From Eledone cirrhosa (Eukaryota): a DNA stretch of 64,000 nucleotides. Shown piece after piece: positions 24,891 through 36,815 of the stretch; positions within the stretch are counted from its first letter, which is position 1; the number at the start of each line of letters is the position of its first letter. The stretch covers positions 170,438,001 through 170,502,000 of the forward strand of contig OZ024743.1 of the NCBI GenBank assembly GCA_964016885.1, written 5' to 3'. The notes under the pieces were generated by a model. The model made no database searches, was not told the origin of the DNA, and saw only the letters and a program-made list of their open reading frames with translations. The translations under genes were made by a program, and so were the position numbers.

Positions 24891-26175
24891 GGCTACGTTG
24901 TGAGATGGGTTAGTCTCCTTGTACCGGTGCCATCCAGTACTCGGCTCCAACTGATGTTTTCATACTGAGAAGCATTTGTGTGTTGAGAGTTCCCAGCCCC
25001 AAAACTGGGATGTCACTGTGGGAGGGGTTCAGCGCAGCCAAATTGGCCTGTCCCTTCTCATGGTGGCGTCATACAGTGCTGGGCTCCAAAAAACTAAGTC
25101 CCTGCTGTACCGTGGTCCCACACTTATCCCCCCTCATAGCTGTGCCATTCAGTGTAGTGCTTCTAAACCATGGTTACGCCTGTCCCTCCTCTTCGCCATG
25201 CAATCCGATACTGGGTCATGAAACTGACTATACTATAAGATGGGTTAGGCTCCTTGTATTGGTGCCATCCAGTGCTGGGTCTCAACTGGCCTCTTTGCAT
25301 AGTGATGCCATCAAACAGCAGTCCCCCTCTCTCATTCTCAAAGAAGTGTATGTTGCATGGAGAGTGCCCTGCTCCGAAACTGAGGGTCTGCTGTGAGATG
25401 GGATCGGCGTGGCCAACTGGCCTGTCCCTCCTCATAGTGGAGTCACATGGCACCCAATACCTGAACTGAGGGTCTGCTGTGTGAAGGGTTTAGCGCGGCC
25501 AACTGGCTTGTCCCTCCTCATAGCAGTGCCATCCGGTTTCACATTTAGAAGTGTCCGTCACATGAAGAGTGCCCAGCTTTGAAACTGGAGTGTCACTGTG
25601 AGAAGTGTTTGGCGTGGCCAACTAGCCTGTCCCTCCTTATAGTGGTATCTCTGGTCCCTTCACATAGTGGTACCATCCAACGCCAGGCCCCCAAATTGTT
25701 ATTCCGCACCTGAGCCCCCTCATAGCAGTGCCATCGAGTACTGGGCCTAAAACGTTGTGTGATGGGTTTCATGCGGCCAACTTTCCACCCCTCCTCATAG
25801 CAGTGCCACTCACTACTGGGCCCCAAAGCTGTGAGATGGGTCTAGGCTCCTCATATGAGTGCCATCTGGTACTGGGCTCCAAAACTATGGTTCCACTGTG
25901 TGATGGGTTGGGCTCTGAAAACATGGTTCCGTTGTGAGAGGGGCTCAGCGCAGCGAACTGGCCTGTCCCTCCTCATAACAGAGCCATCCAGTTCCATACT
26001 GTAAACGTGGTTGGTGTTAGGAAGGGCATCCAGCTGTAATTTACAGTCCTCGCTGGAGCAAGGTGCGACACATGGCTAACCCTGGCCAGACTTGTTTCCT
26101 GACATGGACGACCCGTCAAACCCATGCAAGCGTAGAAATATTGATGTTAAATGGAAATGATGATGATGAGGATGA
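24891..26175 (+). repeat. Degenerate GC-rich tandem array ending in the RTE-type 3' module and a (GAT)n tail
   Basis: About 10 diverged units beginning CTGTGAGATGGG, many with GGCCAACTGGCCTGTCCCTCCTCATAG. Confidence 0.7.
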
Positions 26176-26989
26176 TATATATATGTGTGTGTGTATTATA
26201 TATTTGTGTGTATTTATATATATATGTATTATATATTTGTGTGTGTATAATAATATTAACATTAGTATTTATTCTGCATTTATGTTAGAAATCTGCATGT
26301 GTACACCGACACATACATGTACATTCTTACCGTTAGATATTTGAAAGTCAATAAATATACTTCAACTGATGATACAACCATCTTGTCTATTTAAACATCT
26401 CTCTTTCTCTTTTATTTACACATTCTCTTTTTTTCTCTCCCTCTCTCTCTCAATTATAATATCGTCCTTTCACACTCCTTTTCTTTTCTCACACATACTT
26501 TCTCACACTCATCCTCTTTTCAGCTCACTCCCATCCTCTCACACTCATCTTCTTTTCCTCTCCCTCTCATTCTCTCGTCATCTTACACTTACTCTCTCTT
26601 CCTTTCACAGTCACACTCTTTCTTTCTATTACTCACTCACACCCGATCTCATTTAATCATTCTTTCACTCACTTTAACTTTCAGTTATTCAGTCTCTCTC
26701 AAACATTCCCCCTCCCTCAAACTCATTAATATTATTTTTCTCCCCTCACTTGTTTACATTTTCTCTGCCTCTCTTACACCCTACCTCAACACACTGATGT
26801 AGAAGAAAATACATAGGGATAAACAATGACATTTGAAGTGTGTTACTGCTACTTTAGCTATGTAAGCCCCTTTTGGTCACAAATGACCTGGAAATTTCCT
26901 CTCCAAGGCATGCCAGTCTCCCCTCTCCATACCACCAATGTTGTCCAAAGGAAAAGCAAAGGCCAATACAGTTTGGCACCAGTGCCGTT

Positions 26990-27135
26990 GCAACACATTT
27001 TTACAGCTAAGTGAACTGGACCAATGTGAAACAAAGTGTTTTTCTCAAGAACACAATGCACCACCCACTCCACGATTTAAACTCACAACCTTATGGTTGT
27101 GAGCTCAATGCTCTAACCACTAAGCCCTGCGCCTA
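26990..27135 (-). mobile_element. CORE-type tRNA SINE, degraded (similar copies at about 27820-27950, 37375-37490, 63650-63800)
   Basis: rc: TTAGTGGTTAGAGCA...GTGAGTTTAAATC...TGTGTTCTTGAGAAAAACACTTT. Confidence 0.6.
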
Positions 27136-28079
27136 CTTTACCTTAATGTGTGAAATACTAGTCAATATAGTGTTGTGAAGACACATAGATCAGTGGTCAA
27201 TATGTATTGAAGAATGGTGATTGATATATAAACAGCAAGTGACTCATGGGGTAAAGCAGCAGAAATCACACCATTTTTACAAGATACAAATAAAATAATG
27301 TTATTGTCTAAGTTTTTGAGATGAGGTATTGTCATTATTATAAACTAATTTATTCAGACTAGTGTTTTCATCTTGATTGTTACAGACCCAGTGTTATTGT
27401 ACCTCCCAGCCTTTTTGAGCTGCCTGTTATATAGTCACACTGTTTTCACTGATGTACTGATGTCTTGAGTTGCCTGTCATATAGTCACACTGATTTCACG
27501 GCTTGAGCTGCCTATCATATTCAATAATATTTGAAAGATTTTGAACTGCCCCCTCCATTTTACCCACATAGGTTATTTGCTCTCATTCCTTTGTCCATGC
27601 CTGGAATATCCTCATGTTAATTAGTTACTTGTGATTTTGCTGGGTCATTCTTCTTAAACTAAAGTAGATGTTGAACTTTCCTCAGCTATGATAGTGAATG
27701 TTCCAGTTGTCTAAACAGTACAGCCTTCTTATGAATTTAACAAACAAGTGGCTGAGCATTTCAGAGACATATCTATTTTTAAAGTAATTCTCAGGAAGAG
27801 TCAGTGTGACATGGTTGGTCATTTGGATTTGGAGTACAACTCACATTTGCCTGCTGAGTGGACTAAAACAACATGAAATAAAGTGTCTTGCTCAGAGACA
27901 CAATGTACCCCTGGGAATTGAATGCAACACCATATGTCCATTAAGCCACATGTGGTACATGCTGTTAAGAATCAACCAACACTTATACTGACTATGCTTA
28001 TTGTATCATCAGACAATAACTGATATGAATTAGAAGCCTTAAATCTAACTTATTTTTTTATAGTCTTAGGTTTAAAAAA

Positions 28080-28300
28080 CACCCAACCCACACAGTAAAG
28101 TGGATCTAGCTCACACTGTAAATGTGGTTGGTGCTAGGAAGGGCATCCAACCACAGTAAACTGGCCAGAACCAGTCCTATATGAGCGAGACACAGTCACC
28201 CAACCCAACTTGCCTTTAAATGGGACAAACCCATCTAATCCATGCTAGCGTGGAAGATAGATGTTAAACGATGATGATGATGATGGTGATGATGATGATA
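28080..28300 (+). mobile_element. RTE 3'-UTR-derived repeat
   Basis: GGAAGGGCATCC module, CCATGCTAGCGTGGAAG, (GAT)n tail. Confidence 0.75.
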
Positions 28301-28314
28301 TATATATATATATA

Positions 28315-28623
28315 ATTGTTTCTACTTTTGGCACAAGGCCAGCAATTACCCAGTGCATTACAGGTACTTTATTTTATCTACCCCTTAAGGATGAAAGGCA
28401 AAGTTAACCTCGGCGGGATTTGAACTCAATAATAATTATATAATTGTTTCTACTTTAGGCACAAGGCCAGCAAATACCCAGTGCATTACTGGTACTTTAT
28501 TTTATCGACCCCGTAAGGATGAAAGGCAAAGTCAACCTCGGCGGGACTTGAACTCAGATCGTAAAGGGATGTAACTATGCTGGAAAGCATGGCGTCCGAC
28601 CCTCTACCGATACTGCCAATCCA
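28315..28623 (-). mobile_element. S1 SINE plus tandem B-box-truncated S1 copy
   Basis: Nearly full copy at 28442-28623; truncated copy at 28315-28427. Confidence 0.88.
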
Positions 28624-29162
28624 TGAGGATATATATAGTAATAATAATAAATGTGAAAACTAAAAGAAAGCATTACTCTGGAGAATAGAGAAGACCTATT
28701 GAAATAGCCAGTCTAACTGCTGGCTAAATAGTCTAAGGGGAAGGGATGAGAAATGGTATGGGTCAACATGGTGGTGGTTGTGGCTGAAGTTGAGGTGGAG
28801 GTGGTGGTGATGGCTGAAGTTGTGGTGGAGGTGGTGGATTAATGTATATTTTGATAACTGGGGCTGATTTAATCGACTTTCCCCTCCCCCAAAATTGCTG
28901 GCCTTGTGCCTATATAAGATACCATTATTTAGCCAGCCACCCCCTACACATACACTCAAGACAGTGCTAATTCAGTATACATATGATCAAAGGCATTCAC
29001 AGCTGTGCTTTTCCCCTGTCTTTTTTCAGACACAGTTATACTCCAAACAGATTGATTATAAAAAAGTTATGTTACTAAATCTCTCCAAAATCTTGATTAT
29101 TTTCAAATTTAATTGGAAATCATAAGCAATGTTAGTTCCTCTCTAACATAGCAGATAAGTAA

Positions 29163-29477
29163 ATGCATTTGTGAGTTTTATATCGAATAATAATAATATT
29201 CGATTTGTTTACAAACAAACAGCCTTATTACACTATGTGTTTTAGATGACCATCGCCATCTTTTGTTCTAGCAGTGACACAGAGAAACAAGCAACAATCT
29301 TATTGTTTCTAGGTTATTACAAGAGAATCAATCAACAATATTATTGTCAATTCATTCTCTGTGTCTCTTCTAGAACAAAAGAACGATGATGGTCATCTAA
29401 AACACATCATAATAAGGCTGTTTGCTTGCAAATTAATTGAATATTATTATTATTCGATATAAAACTCACAAATGCAT
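29163..29477. mobile_element. Palindromic MITE-like element
   Basis: About 120-bp imperfect arms: ATGCATTTGTGAGTTTTATATCGAATAATAATAATATT ... AATATTATTATTATTCGATATAAAACTCACAAATGCAT. Confidence 0.75.
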
Positions 29478-29749
29478 AAGCAATGTTTTTCATTATAAAT
29501 ATGGTGACAGAAGAGTTAAGGGGGGTAGCTGCTATTTCAGGTTCAGTAACTATGTAAGAGTCCCTCCTTTGTTAGTGTGTGATTTGAGTTGAAAGCCCAG
29601 GACATAAATATTTTGAAAGATCTTTTATTCCCTTCAGTGGATGGGTGGAACTGTTACAGCATCGAATATACTTGCCCTGCAGTATTTCTTCAACCTCTCT
29701 ATGTTCTAATTTGAAATCCTGCTATAACTTACTTATGTGGGAAACTTAC

Positions 29750-29914
29750 TCCATTACTGGTTTAACACCACCAGCTGACCTTTGAATGTCTGTAGTAGAG
29801 TCCAGTCTGTTGCAAACATTTAGGCCAGACCTCCAATTTGAGGACACCATCCTTCTCTTCCATTCTCCTGTTAGTCTCAGACAAATATCATTAGCACTAC
29901 CATTCCATCTCTGG
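29750..29914 (-). CDS. Candidate isolated coding exon of an unidentified host gene
   Basis: Pyrimidine tract with TTAG| acceptor, |GTAAGT donor, 165 bp (frame-preserving), and one open frame: QRWNGSANDICLRLTGEWKRRMVSSNWRSGLNVCNRLDSTTDIQRSAGGVKPVM. No repeat similarity seen. Confidence 0.45.
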
Positions 29915-30584
29915 CTAAGTAGTAATAAAACAAACAAAAACAAAAAACATACACGGCATGTATTTAACTCTAAACATCCTGTTATGATTTAACAGAAAAT
30001 AATCCAAAATAGGTTTGTTAATTCAAATGTTTATAGTATATTTACTAATGGTCTTCAAAATGTTTTTAAATAAACATACAGTATATTATTAAATACACAA
30101 TATGTACATTCATATATAAATCGCTATTTCAGAGCTCCAACACAAATATATATATATATATATATATATAAATCAACCTTTTGGTACCCAACTACCTGAA
30201 ATCAGCCCTGGTTCATTTTAAAGTGTTTATATTTATGTAGAATTCTTGCATCATAATGTCATGTAAGAATCTTTATTAGGTTATGTTCCAATCCCCAGCT
30301 TAGTAATTAGAAATTTAGTTATATTACTAAATGTCTTCAAATTCTTGATTATTTTTAAGCAAGCGGCCACACAAATAACTAATTAACTGATAGGAAGATA
30401 TCCCATGCATAGCACAAGAATATTTACTAAATATGACATGACCTGACCTGGAAGAAGGTGGAAGAGTGCAACAATTAAAATGTTCTTTCCATTCTGTCTA
30501 CTGTGACCATAAGGTTGCCTGTCCATGGGCTCCATACAACAGAGAACATTCCTCCACAACATCTGGGCCTACTTCATTGGACTA

Positions 30585-31261
30585 CAGGGTCGGACTTAGA
30601 CCTTGGAGGGCCCAAGTCACTTCAGGTTTGAGGGAGACCTCAAACAAAAAAAAAATTAGAGTACACAACAAACCCCCAATTTTATATATCAAAGTCTGCT
30701 TGCCGCAAGTAATTGGAATTGAAAAGTTATCCATACAGGTATAACATTTTTAAAAATCATCCTCATTTTACATTCCCTTTCCACACTGGTATGTGTTGGA
30801 CAGGTTGTTGCAGTCCAAGACCAGACTTATCGAAGCAACCTCATCTTGCTCATACATTACATATTTTGCATGGTTTCTATGGCCAGATGCCCTTCCTAAC
30901 ATAACCACTTTAGAATGTTTACTGTGTGCATTGTTTTTGTGATAGCAGCACAACCATTTTACACTGGCATCAAATACCTTTTATTACAATATTGTTCTGA
31001 TAATAACGTAATGTCTCTAAAGTTGAGAAAATTTGATAAATTTTGCCACAGTAAGGGGTTAAATAGTTTTTGATAAATTTTGCCACAGTAAGGCATTAAA
31101 TACTTTTTGTTCAAAATATAATTCTCATCGTCAAAGAGATAAAACTAAAAAGCCCAGCAAAAGGCGCAAATAAATTGCTACAGCTACAGCTGGCGGAAGC
31201 CCCCACTGCAGGGGGGCTTGGGCAATTGCCCCCCCCCCCCTCCCCATTAAATCCAGCCTAG
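30585..31261. mobile_element. Probable hAT-type non-autonomous DNA transposon, degraded
   Basis: Ends CAGGGTCGGACTTA ... TAAATCCAGCCTAG with GGGCCC and GGGCAATTGCCC subterminal motifs. Confidence 0.45.
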
Positions 31262-31758
31262 TGAAATTCTAGGACCCACCCAGTACTGCATGGTGTAACT
31301 AGACTCCTTAATGTCCCACTTGTCTGGAAATTTAAATACCAAACTTCAAAATATTTGTTGGTATGTGTGAGTGAGAGCTAGTGATAAAGAGAGAGAGAGA
31401 AAAAGATAGAGCAAGTGGTCTAGTGGAGAATGAGAGAGAATTAGAGGGAGCGTTAAGTATGTATTTCTCTCAGGAGTATTAAATGATTTTCTAATAATAA
31501 TTTTGTTTCTTTCTTTCTTCTTGAAGGATGAGGGTGGGGGTCTTTTTTTAGTTTGATATTGGGTGTGGGAGTGGAAGAGGTTATATATATCCTACAACAA
31601 TCTTGAAACTAGTCATCAGTAGTTTGAAGAAAAAAAAAAAATTAGGGCCTCATCAGTCATAATGTGGCAGAAAAAATAATAATAACAATAATAATTGTCA
31701 TTGTTGTCATTGTTATAATAATTTGAACTCAATAATAATAATAATAATAATAATAATA

Positions 31759-31797
<39 letters not shown>

Positions 31798-31803
31798 ATA
31801 TAA

Positions 31804-32244
31804 GGGCGGTGGATTGGCAGTATCGGTAGAGGATCAGACACCATGCTTTGACGCATAGAGTTATGGCCCTTTCCATTCTGAGTTCAAATCCCGCTGAGGT
31901 CAACTTTGCCTTTCATCCTTACGGGGTCGATAAAATAAAGTACCAGTAATGTACTGGGTAATTGCTGGCCTTGTGCCAAAAGTAGAAACAATTATTATTA
32001 TTATTGAGTTCAAATCCCGCCAAGGTTAACTTTGCCTTTCATCCTTACGGGGTCGATAAAATAAAGTACCAGTAATGCACTGGTTAATTGCTGGCCTTGT
32101 GCCAAAAGTAGAAACAATTATTATTATTATTGAGTTCAAATCCCGCCAAGGTTAACTTTGCCTTTCATCCTTACGGGGTCGATAAAATAAAGTACCAGTA
32201 ATGCACTGGGTAATTGCTGGCCTTGTGCCAAAAGGAGAAACAAT
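31804..32244 (+). mobile_element. S1 SINE followed by two tandem B-box-truncated copies
   Basis: Full copy 31804-31993; copies 32006-32118 and 32132-32244 both start GAGTTCAAATCCC after (ATT)n. Confidence 0.9.
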
Positions 32245-32257
32245 AATTATTATTATT

Positions 32258-33927
32258 GTTCTTTGAGTCTCAGTCATTGATGTTATTTAACTGGAAAGTT
32301 TGTTGAAATCAATATCAAGCCGCTACCTGCAGCCTCAGACATTCAGGATCTATCGGAGGGTTCTTGCTGTTCCCAGCAAGCATGCCTTTTGAAGTGTTCC
32401 AAAAAGCGGGACTGGACTAATCTTCTTTAAACTCTTGGAAACTCTTTGAGATAGTACCTAGTGCTCCTATGACAATCGGGATGACCTTGATTTCATGGCA
32501 GTTCCAAATCCTGTTTAACTCCCACTTTAAATCCTGGTATCGGTTAATTTTCTCCCTCTCCTTTTCTTGCACTCTCGTGTCTACATCTACAATCAGGCAC
32601 GATCTTTTTTCCTTGTCCAAAACCACCAGGTCAGGCCTATCGTGTTCTAATTTCTTGTCCGTCTGTATCCTAAAATCCCATAGCACCTTCACCTGATCGT
32701 TTTCTATCACCGACTCTGGCTTATGCTCATACCACTTCTCAGAATGTGGTAAATTGTTTACTTTTCATCAGTGGATCACCCTGTCTATCACATCATGTCT
32801 CCAGCCTTTATAGTGAGTCTGGGCTAGGTGTTTACACTCGGATACAATGTGAGCCGCAGTCTCCTCTCTCTCTTCACAGATCCTACACAGTGAGCTATCC
32901 TCCTCCTTGTCAATATGGTGTTTCACCCACTTCGTTCTGAGGGTTTGCTCTTGCGCAGCCATTAGCATTCCTTCTGTAGCTTTTTTAAGGTCTCCTCTTT
33001 TTAACCAGTTCCGTGTCTGTAGATCTCTAAATTCCGTTTTCTTAAAGAAGGTGCCATGAAGGGATTTTTTATGAAGGTTGCTCTTCCTCCTTGGACATCC
33101 CCTGGTCTCTTGTCTTCTCCTTCAGTACAATCTTGAGCATTGGCTCCCTACTGTCAGTCACATATTTGTGCATGTTGTTTTTCTCCATCTGAACACAGTC
33201 CTCTATGCTGATAAGACCTCTTCCACCTTCAGATCTCTTTAAGTAGAGTATATCGACATCACTCCTCTTGTGGAACATGTTGTAGATAGTCAATAGCTTC
33301 CTAGTCTTCCTATCCATTTCTTTTTGTTCAGCAACATTCCATTTCAGAATTCCTGCACTGTACCTAATAATTGTTTCTACTTTAGGCACAAGGCCAGCAA
33401 TTACCCAGTGCATTACTGGTACTTTATTTTATCGACCCCCATAAGGATGAAAGGCAAAGTCAACCTCGGCGGGATTTGAACTCAGATCGTAAAGGGACGT
33501 AACTATGCTGGAAAGCATGGCGTCCGACCCTCTACCGATACTGCCAATCCACCGACCTAATAATAGACACAGCTCGGGAATTCATTGCACTTATGACATT
33601 CCTACTATTTAGACGTGATTTTAATACGCTCCTTACTCTCCTAATGTACTCAGATCTTATCAATTCCTTCATTTTTTTGTTCTTATTGTCATCTACCTCC
33701 AGAACACCTAAATATTTGTATCCCTCTTCAGTGTTAATTTCCTTTATCATCTCACCTGTTGGTACCGGGATTCTGTTGCTTCTGCTCAATTTACCCCTCT
33801 TCATTACTAGGACTCCACACTTATTAATACCATATTCCATACATATATCATTGCTGAAAATGGTGACAGTGTCAACAAGTACATCCAACTCCTTCTCACT
33901 CTTCCCGAAGAGTTTAAGATCGTTTTC
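32258..33927 (-). mobile_element. R4/Dong-clade element copy 1 (RLE-type), interrupted by a SINE
   Basis: YKYLG, GGRGL, AAQEQ, CRIC...ET.AHIVSEC, RHD, RPD...D..EK..RY; (AAT)n tail. Confidence 0.9.
33372..33554 (-). mobile_element. S1 SINE with 10-bp target-site duplication (TSD) ACCTAATAAT
   Basis: The empty site is visible in copy 2 at about 35077-35087. Confidence 0.92.
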
Positions 33928-33943
33928 ATATTATTATTATTAT

Positions 33944-35667
33944 TGTTCTTTGAGTCTCAGTCATTGATGTTAGTTAACTGGAAAGTTTGTTGAAATGAAT
34001 ATCAAGCCGCTACCTGTAGCCTCAGATATTCAGTACGTATCGGAGGGTTCTTGCTGTTCCCAGCAAGCATGCCTTTTGAAGTGTTCCAAAAAGCGGGACT
34101 GGACTAATCTTCTTTAAACTCTTGGAAACTCTTTGAGATAGTACCTAGTGCTCCTATGACAATCGGGATGACCTTGATTTCATGGCAGTTCCAAATCCGG
34201 TTTAACTCCCACTTTAAATCCTGGTATCGGTTAATTTTCTTCCTCTCCTTCTCTTGCACTCTCGTGTCGAATGGGCAGGCTACATCCACAATCAGGCACA
34301 ATCTTTTTTCCTTGTCCAAAACCACCAGGTCACGTCTATTGTGTTCCAGTTTCTTGTCCGTCTGTATCCTAAAATCCCACAGCACCTTCACCTGATCGTT
34401 TTCTATCACCGACTCTGGCTTATGCTCACACCACTTCTCAGAATGTGGTAAATTGTTTACTTTGCATAGGCGCCAGTGGATCACCCTGCCCATCACATCA
34501 TATCTCCAGCCTTTATAGTGAGTCTGGGATAGGTGTTTACACTCAGATACAATGTGAGCCACAGTCTCCTCTCTCTCTCTCCACAGATCCTGCACAGTGG
34601 GCTAGCCTCCTCCTTGTAAATATGGTGTTTCAACCACTTCGTTTTGAGGGCCTGCTCTTGCGCAGCCAGTTGCATTCCTTCTGTAGCCTTTTTAAGATCT
34701 CCTCTTTTCAACCAGTTCCATGTCTGTGGATCTCTGAATTCAGTTTTCTCAAAGAAGGTACTATGAAGGGATTTTTCATGAAGGCTGCTCTTTCTCCTTG
34801 TTGTTATTTCCTCCTTGGACATCCCCTGGTCTATTGTCCTCTCCTTCAGTACAATTGGCTCTTTACTATCAGTCACGTATTTGTGTAGGTTGTTTTTCTA
34901 CATCTGAACACAGTCCTCTATGCTGATAAGACCTCTTCCACCTTCAGATCTCCTTAAGTAGAGTCTATCGACATCACTCCTCTTGTGGAACATGTTGTAG
35001 ATAGTCAATAGCTTCCTAGTCTTCCTATCCATTTCTTTTTGTTCAGCAACATTCCATCTCAGAATTCCCGCACTGTACCTAATAATAGACACAGCTCGGG
35101 AATTTACTGCACTTATGGCATTCCTACTGTTCAGATGTGACTTTAATACACTCCTTACTCTCCTAATGTATTCAGATCTTATCAATTCCTTCATTTTTTT
35201 GTTCTTGATGTCATCAGCCTCCAGAACACCCAAATACTTGTATCCTTCTTCAGTGTCAATTTCCTTTATCATCTCACCTGTTGGTACCTGGATTCCGTTG
35301 CTTCTGCTCAATTTACCCCTCTTCATCACAAGGACTCCACACTTACTAATACCAAATTGCATACATATATCATTGCTGAAAATACGGACAGTGTCAACAA
35401 GCACATCCAACTCCTTCTCACTCTTCCCGAAGAGCTTAAGATCGTCCATGAAGAGGAGGTGATTGATGGTAAGCTCTCCCTTTCCCAACTTGTATCCTGC
35501 TCTCACTTTTCGCAGTATAATGGTCAGGGGCATCAGGGCAAGGACAAATAACAGAGGGGACAGACTATCTCCCTGGAAGATACCTCTCTTGATCTTCATG
35601 ACTCCCAAGGATTCTCCAGCTGATGTTAACTCTGTTTTCCAGGACTTCATACTTTTGCCCAACAACA
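33944..35667 (-). mobile_element. R4/Dong-clade element copy 2
   Basis: ORF 34898-35668: RGIFQGDSLSPLLF, HLLFMDDLKL, YKYLG; RLE domain in ORF 34104-34595. Confidence 0.93.
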
Positions 35668-35694
35668 TTATTATTATTATTATTATTATTATAT

Positions 35695-36121
35695 TAGAGT
35701 CTCAGTCGTTGATGTTATTTAACTGGAAAGTTTGTTCAAATGAACATCAAGCCGCTACTTGCAGTCTCAGATATTCAGGACGTATCGGAGGGTTCTTGCT
35801 GTTCCCAGCAAGCATGCCTTTTGAAGTGTTCCAAAAGAGGGAGCTGGACTAATGTTCTTTAACCCTCCGTGAAAACTCTTTGAGATAGTACCTAGTGATC
35901 CTTTGACAATCAGGACGATCTTGATCTCATGACAGTCCCAAATCCGTTTTAACTCCCACTTTAAATCCTAGTATTGGTTAATTTTCTCCTTCTTTTCTTG
36001 CACTGTTGTGTCAAAGGGGCCAGCTACATCTACAATCAGACACAATCTTTTTTCCTTGTCAAAACCCACCAGGTCAGGCCTAATGTGTTCTAATTTCTTG
36101 TCTGTCTATATCCTGAAATCC
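35695..36121 (-). mobile_element. R4/Dong-clade element copy 3 (3' end only)
   Basis: Homologous to the 3' ends of copies 1 and 2. Confidence 0.88.
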
Positions 36122-36279
36122 CATCATCATCATCATCATCATCATCTTCTTCTTCTTCTTCTTCTTCTTCTTCTTCTTCTTCTTCTTCTTCTTCTTCTTC
36201 TTCTTCTTCTTCTTCTTCTTCTTCTTCTTCTTCTTCTTCTTCTTCTTCTTCTTCTTCTTCTTCTTCTTCTTCTTCTTCT
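36122..36279. repeat. (CAT)n-(CTT)n compound microsatellite
   Basis: Directly visible. Confidence 0.97.
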
Positions 36280-36815
36280 ATCATATAGGTCTGTTGTATC
36301 AGGGTTGATCAGGGGTAAAACTAAGGCTGCTGCTGCTACTACTTCAACAGCTGTGTAATGGTACCCACTACTATTAATACCACTACCACTAACAATGCTA
36401 CTACTACTATCCCCACCTAATGTCATATGATGACATCAATGATGATGCTGATGATAGTGAATGACACTGGTGGTGGTGAAGATAATGATGATGCCTATGA
36501 CTATACATCAGTAACAGCAAGCACAAAACAAGCTAGGTGGCTTGAAATTATAGTAGAAACCTAGTCACTTCAATTACTGGAAGAAACAAAGAGTACTCTT
36601 TAGAATTGTTCTAATTTTCATTCTCATCACTTCCTTCTTTTCATCCTAACATCCTAACATCACCTTTTGCTCCTTCTCCCTGTAATCAGCAGGAGCAATA
36701 TAAACTGATGAGAGTGTTTTTGTGAGCTTTAAAGTATGTTAGAATAATTTTGGTTGCTTTATAGGCAAATGTATCCTATTGTGGTGACTGCCACTGTTGT
36801 ATGTATATGTATATA

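Noticed and set aside
36008-36426. Poly-Leu, poly-Glu and poly-Arg ORFs
   Set aside because: Translations of the (CTT)n microsatellite.
31645-36720. Other CTGATGA matches (about 31650 and 36705)
   Set aside because: No stem II, GAAA or stem I partner, so they are not hammerheads.
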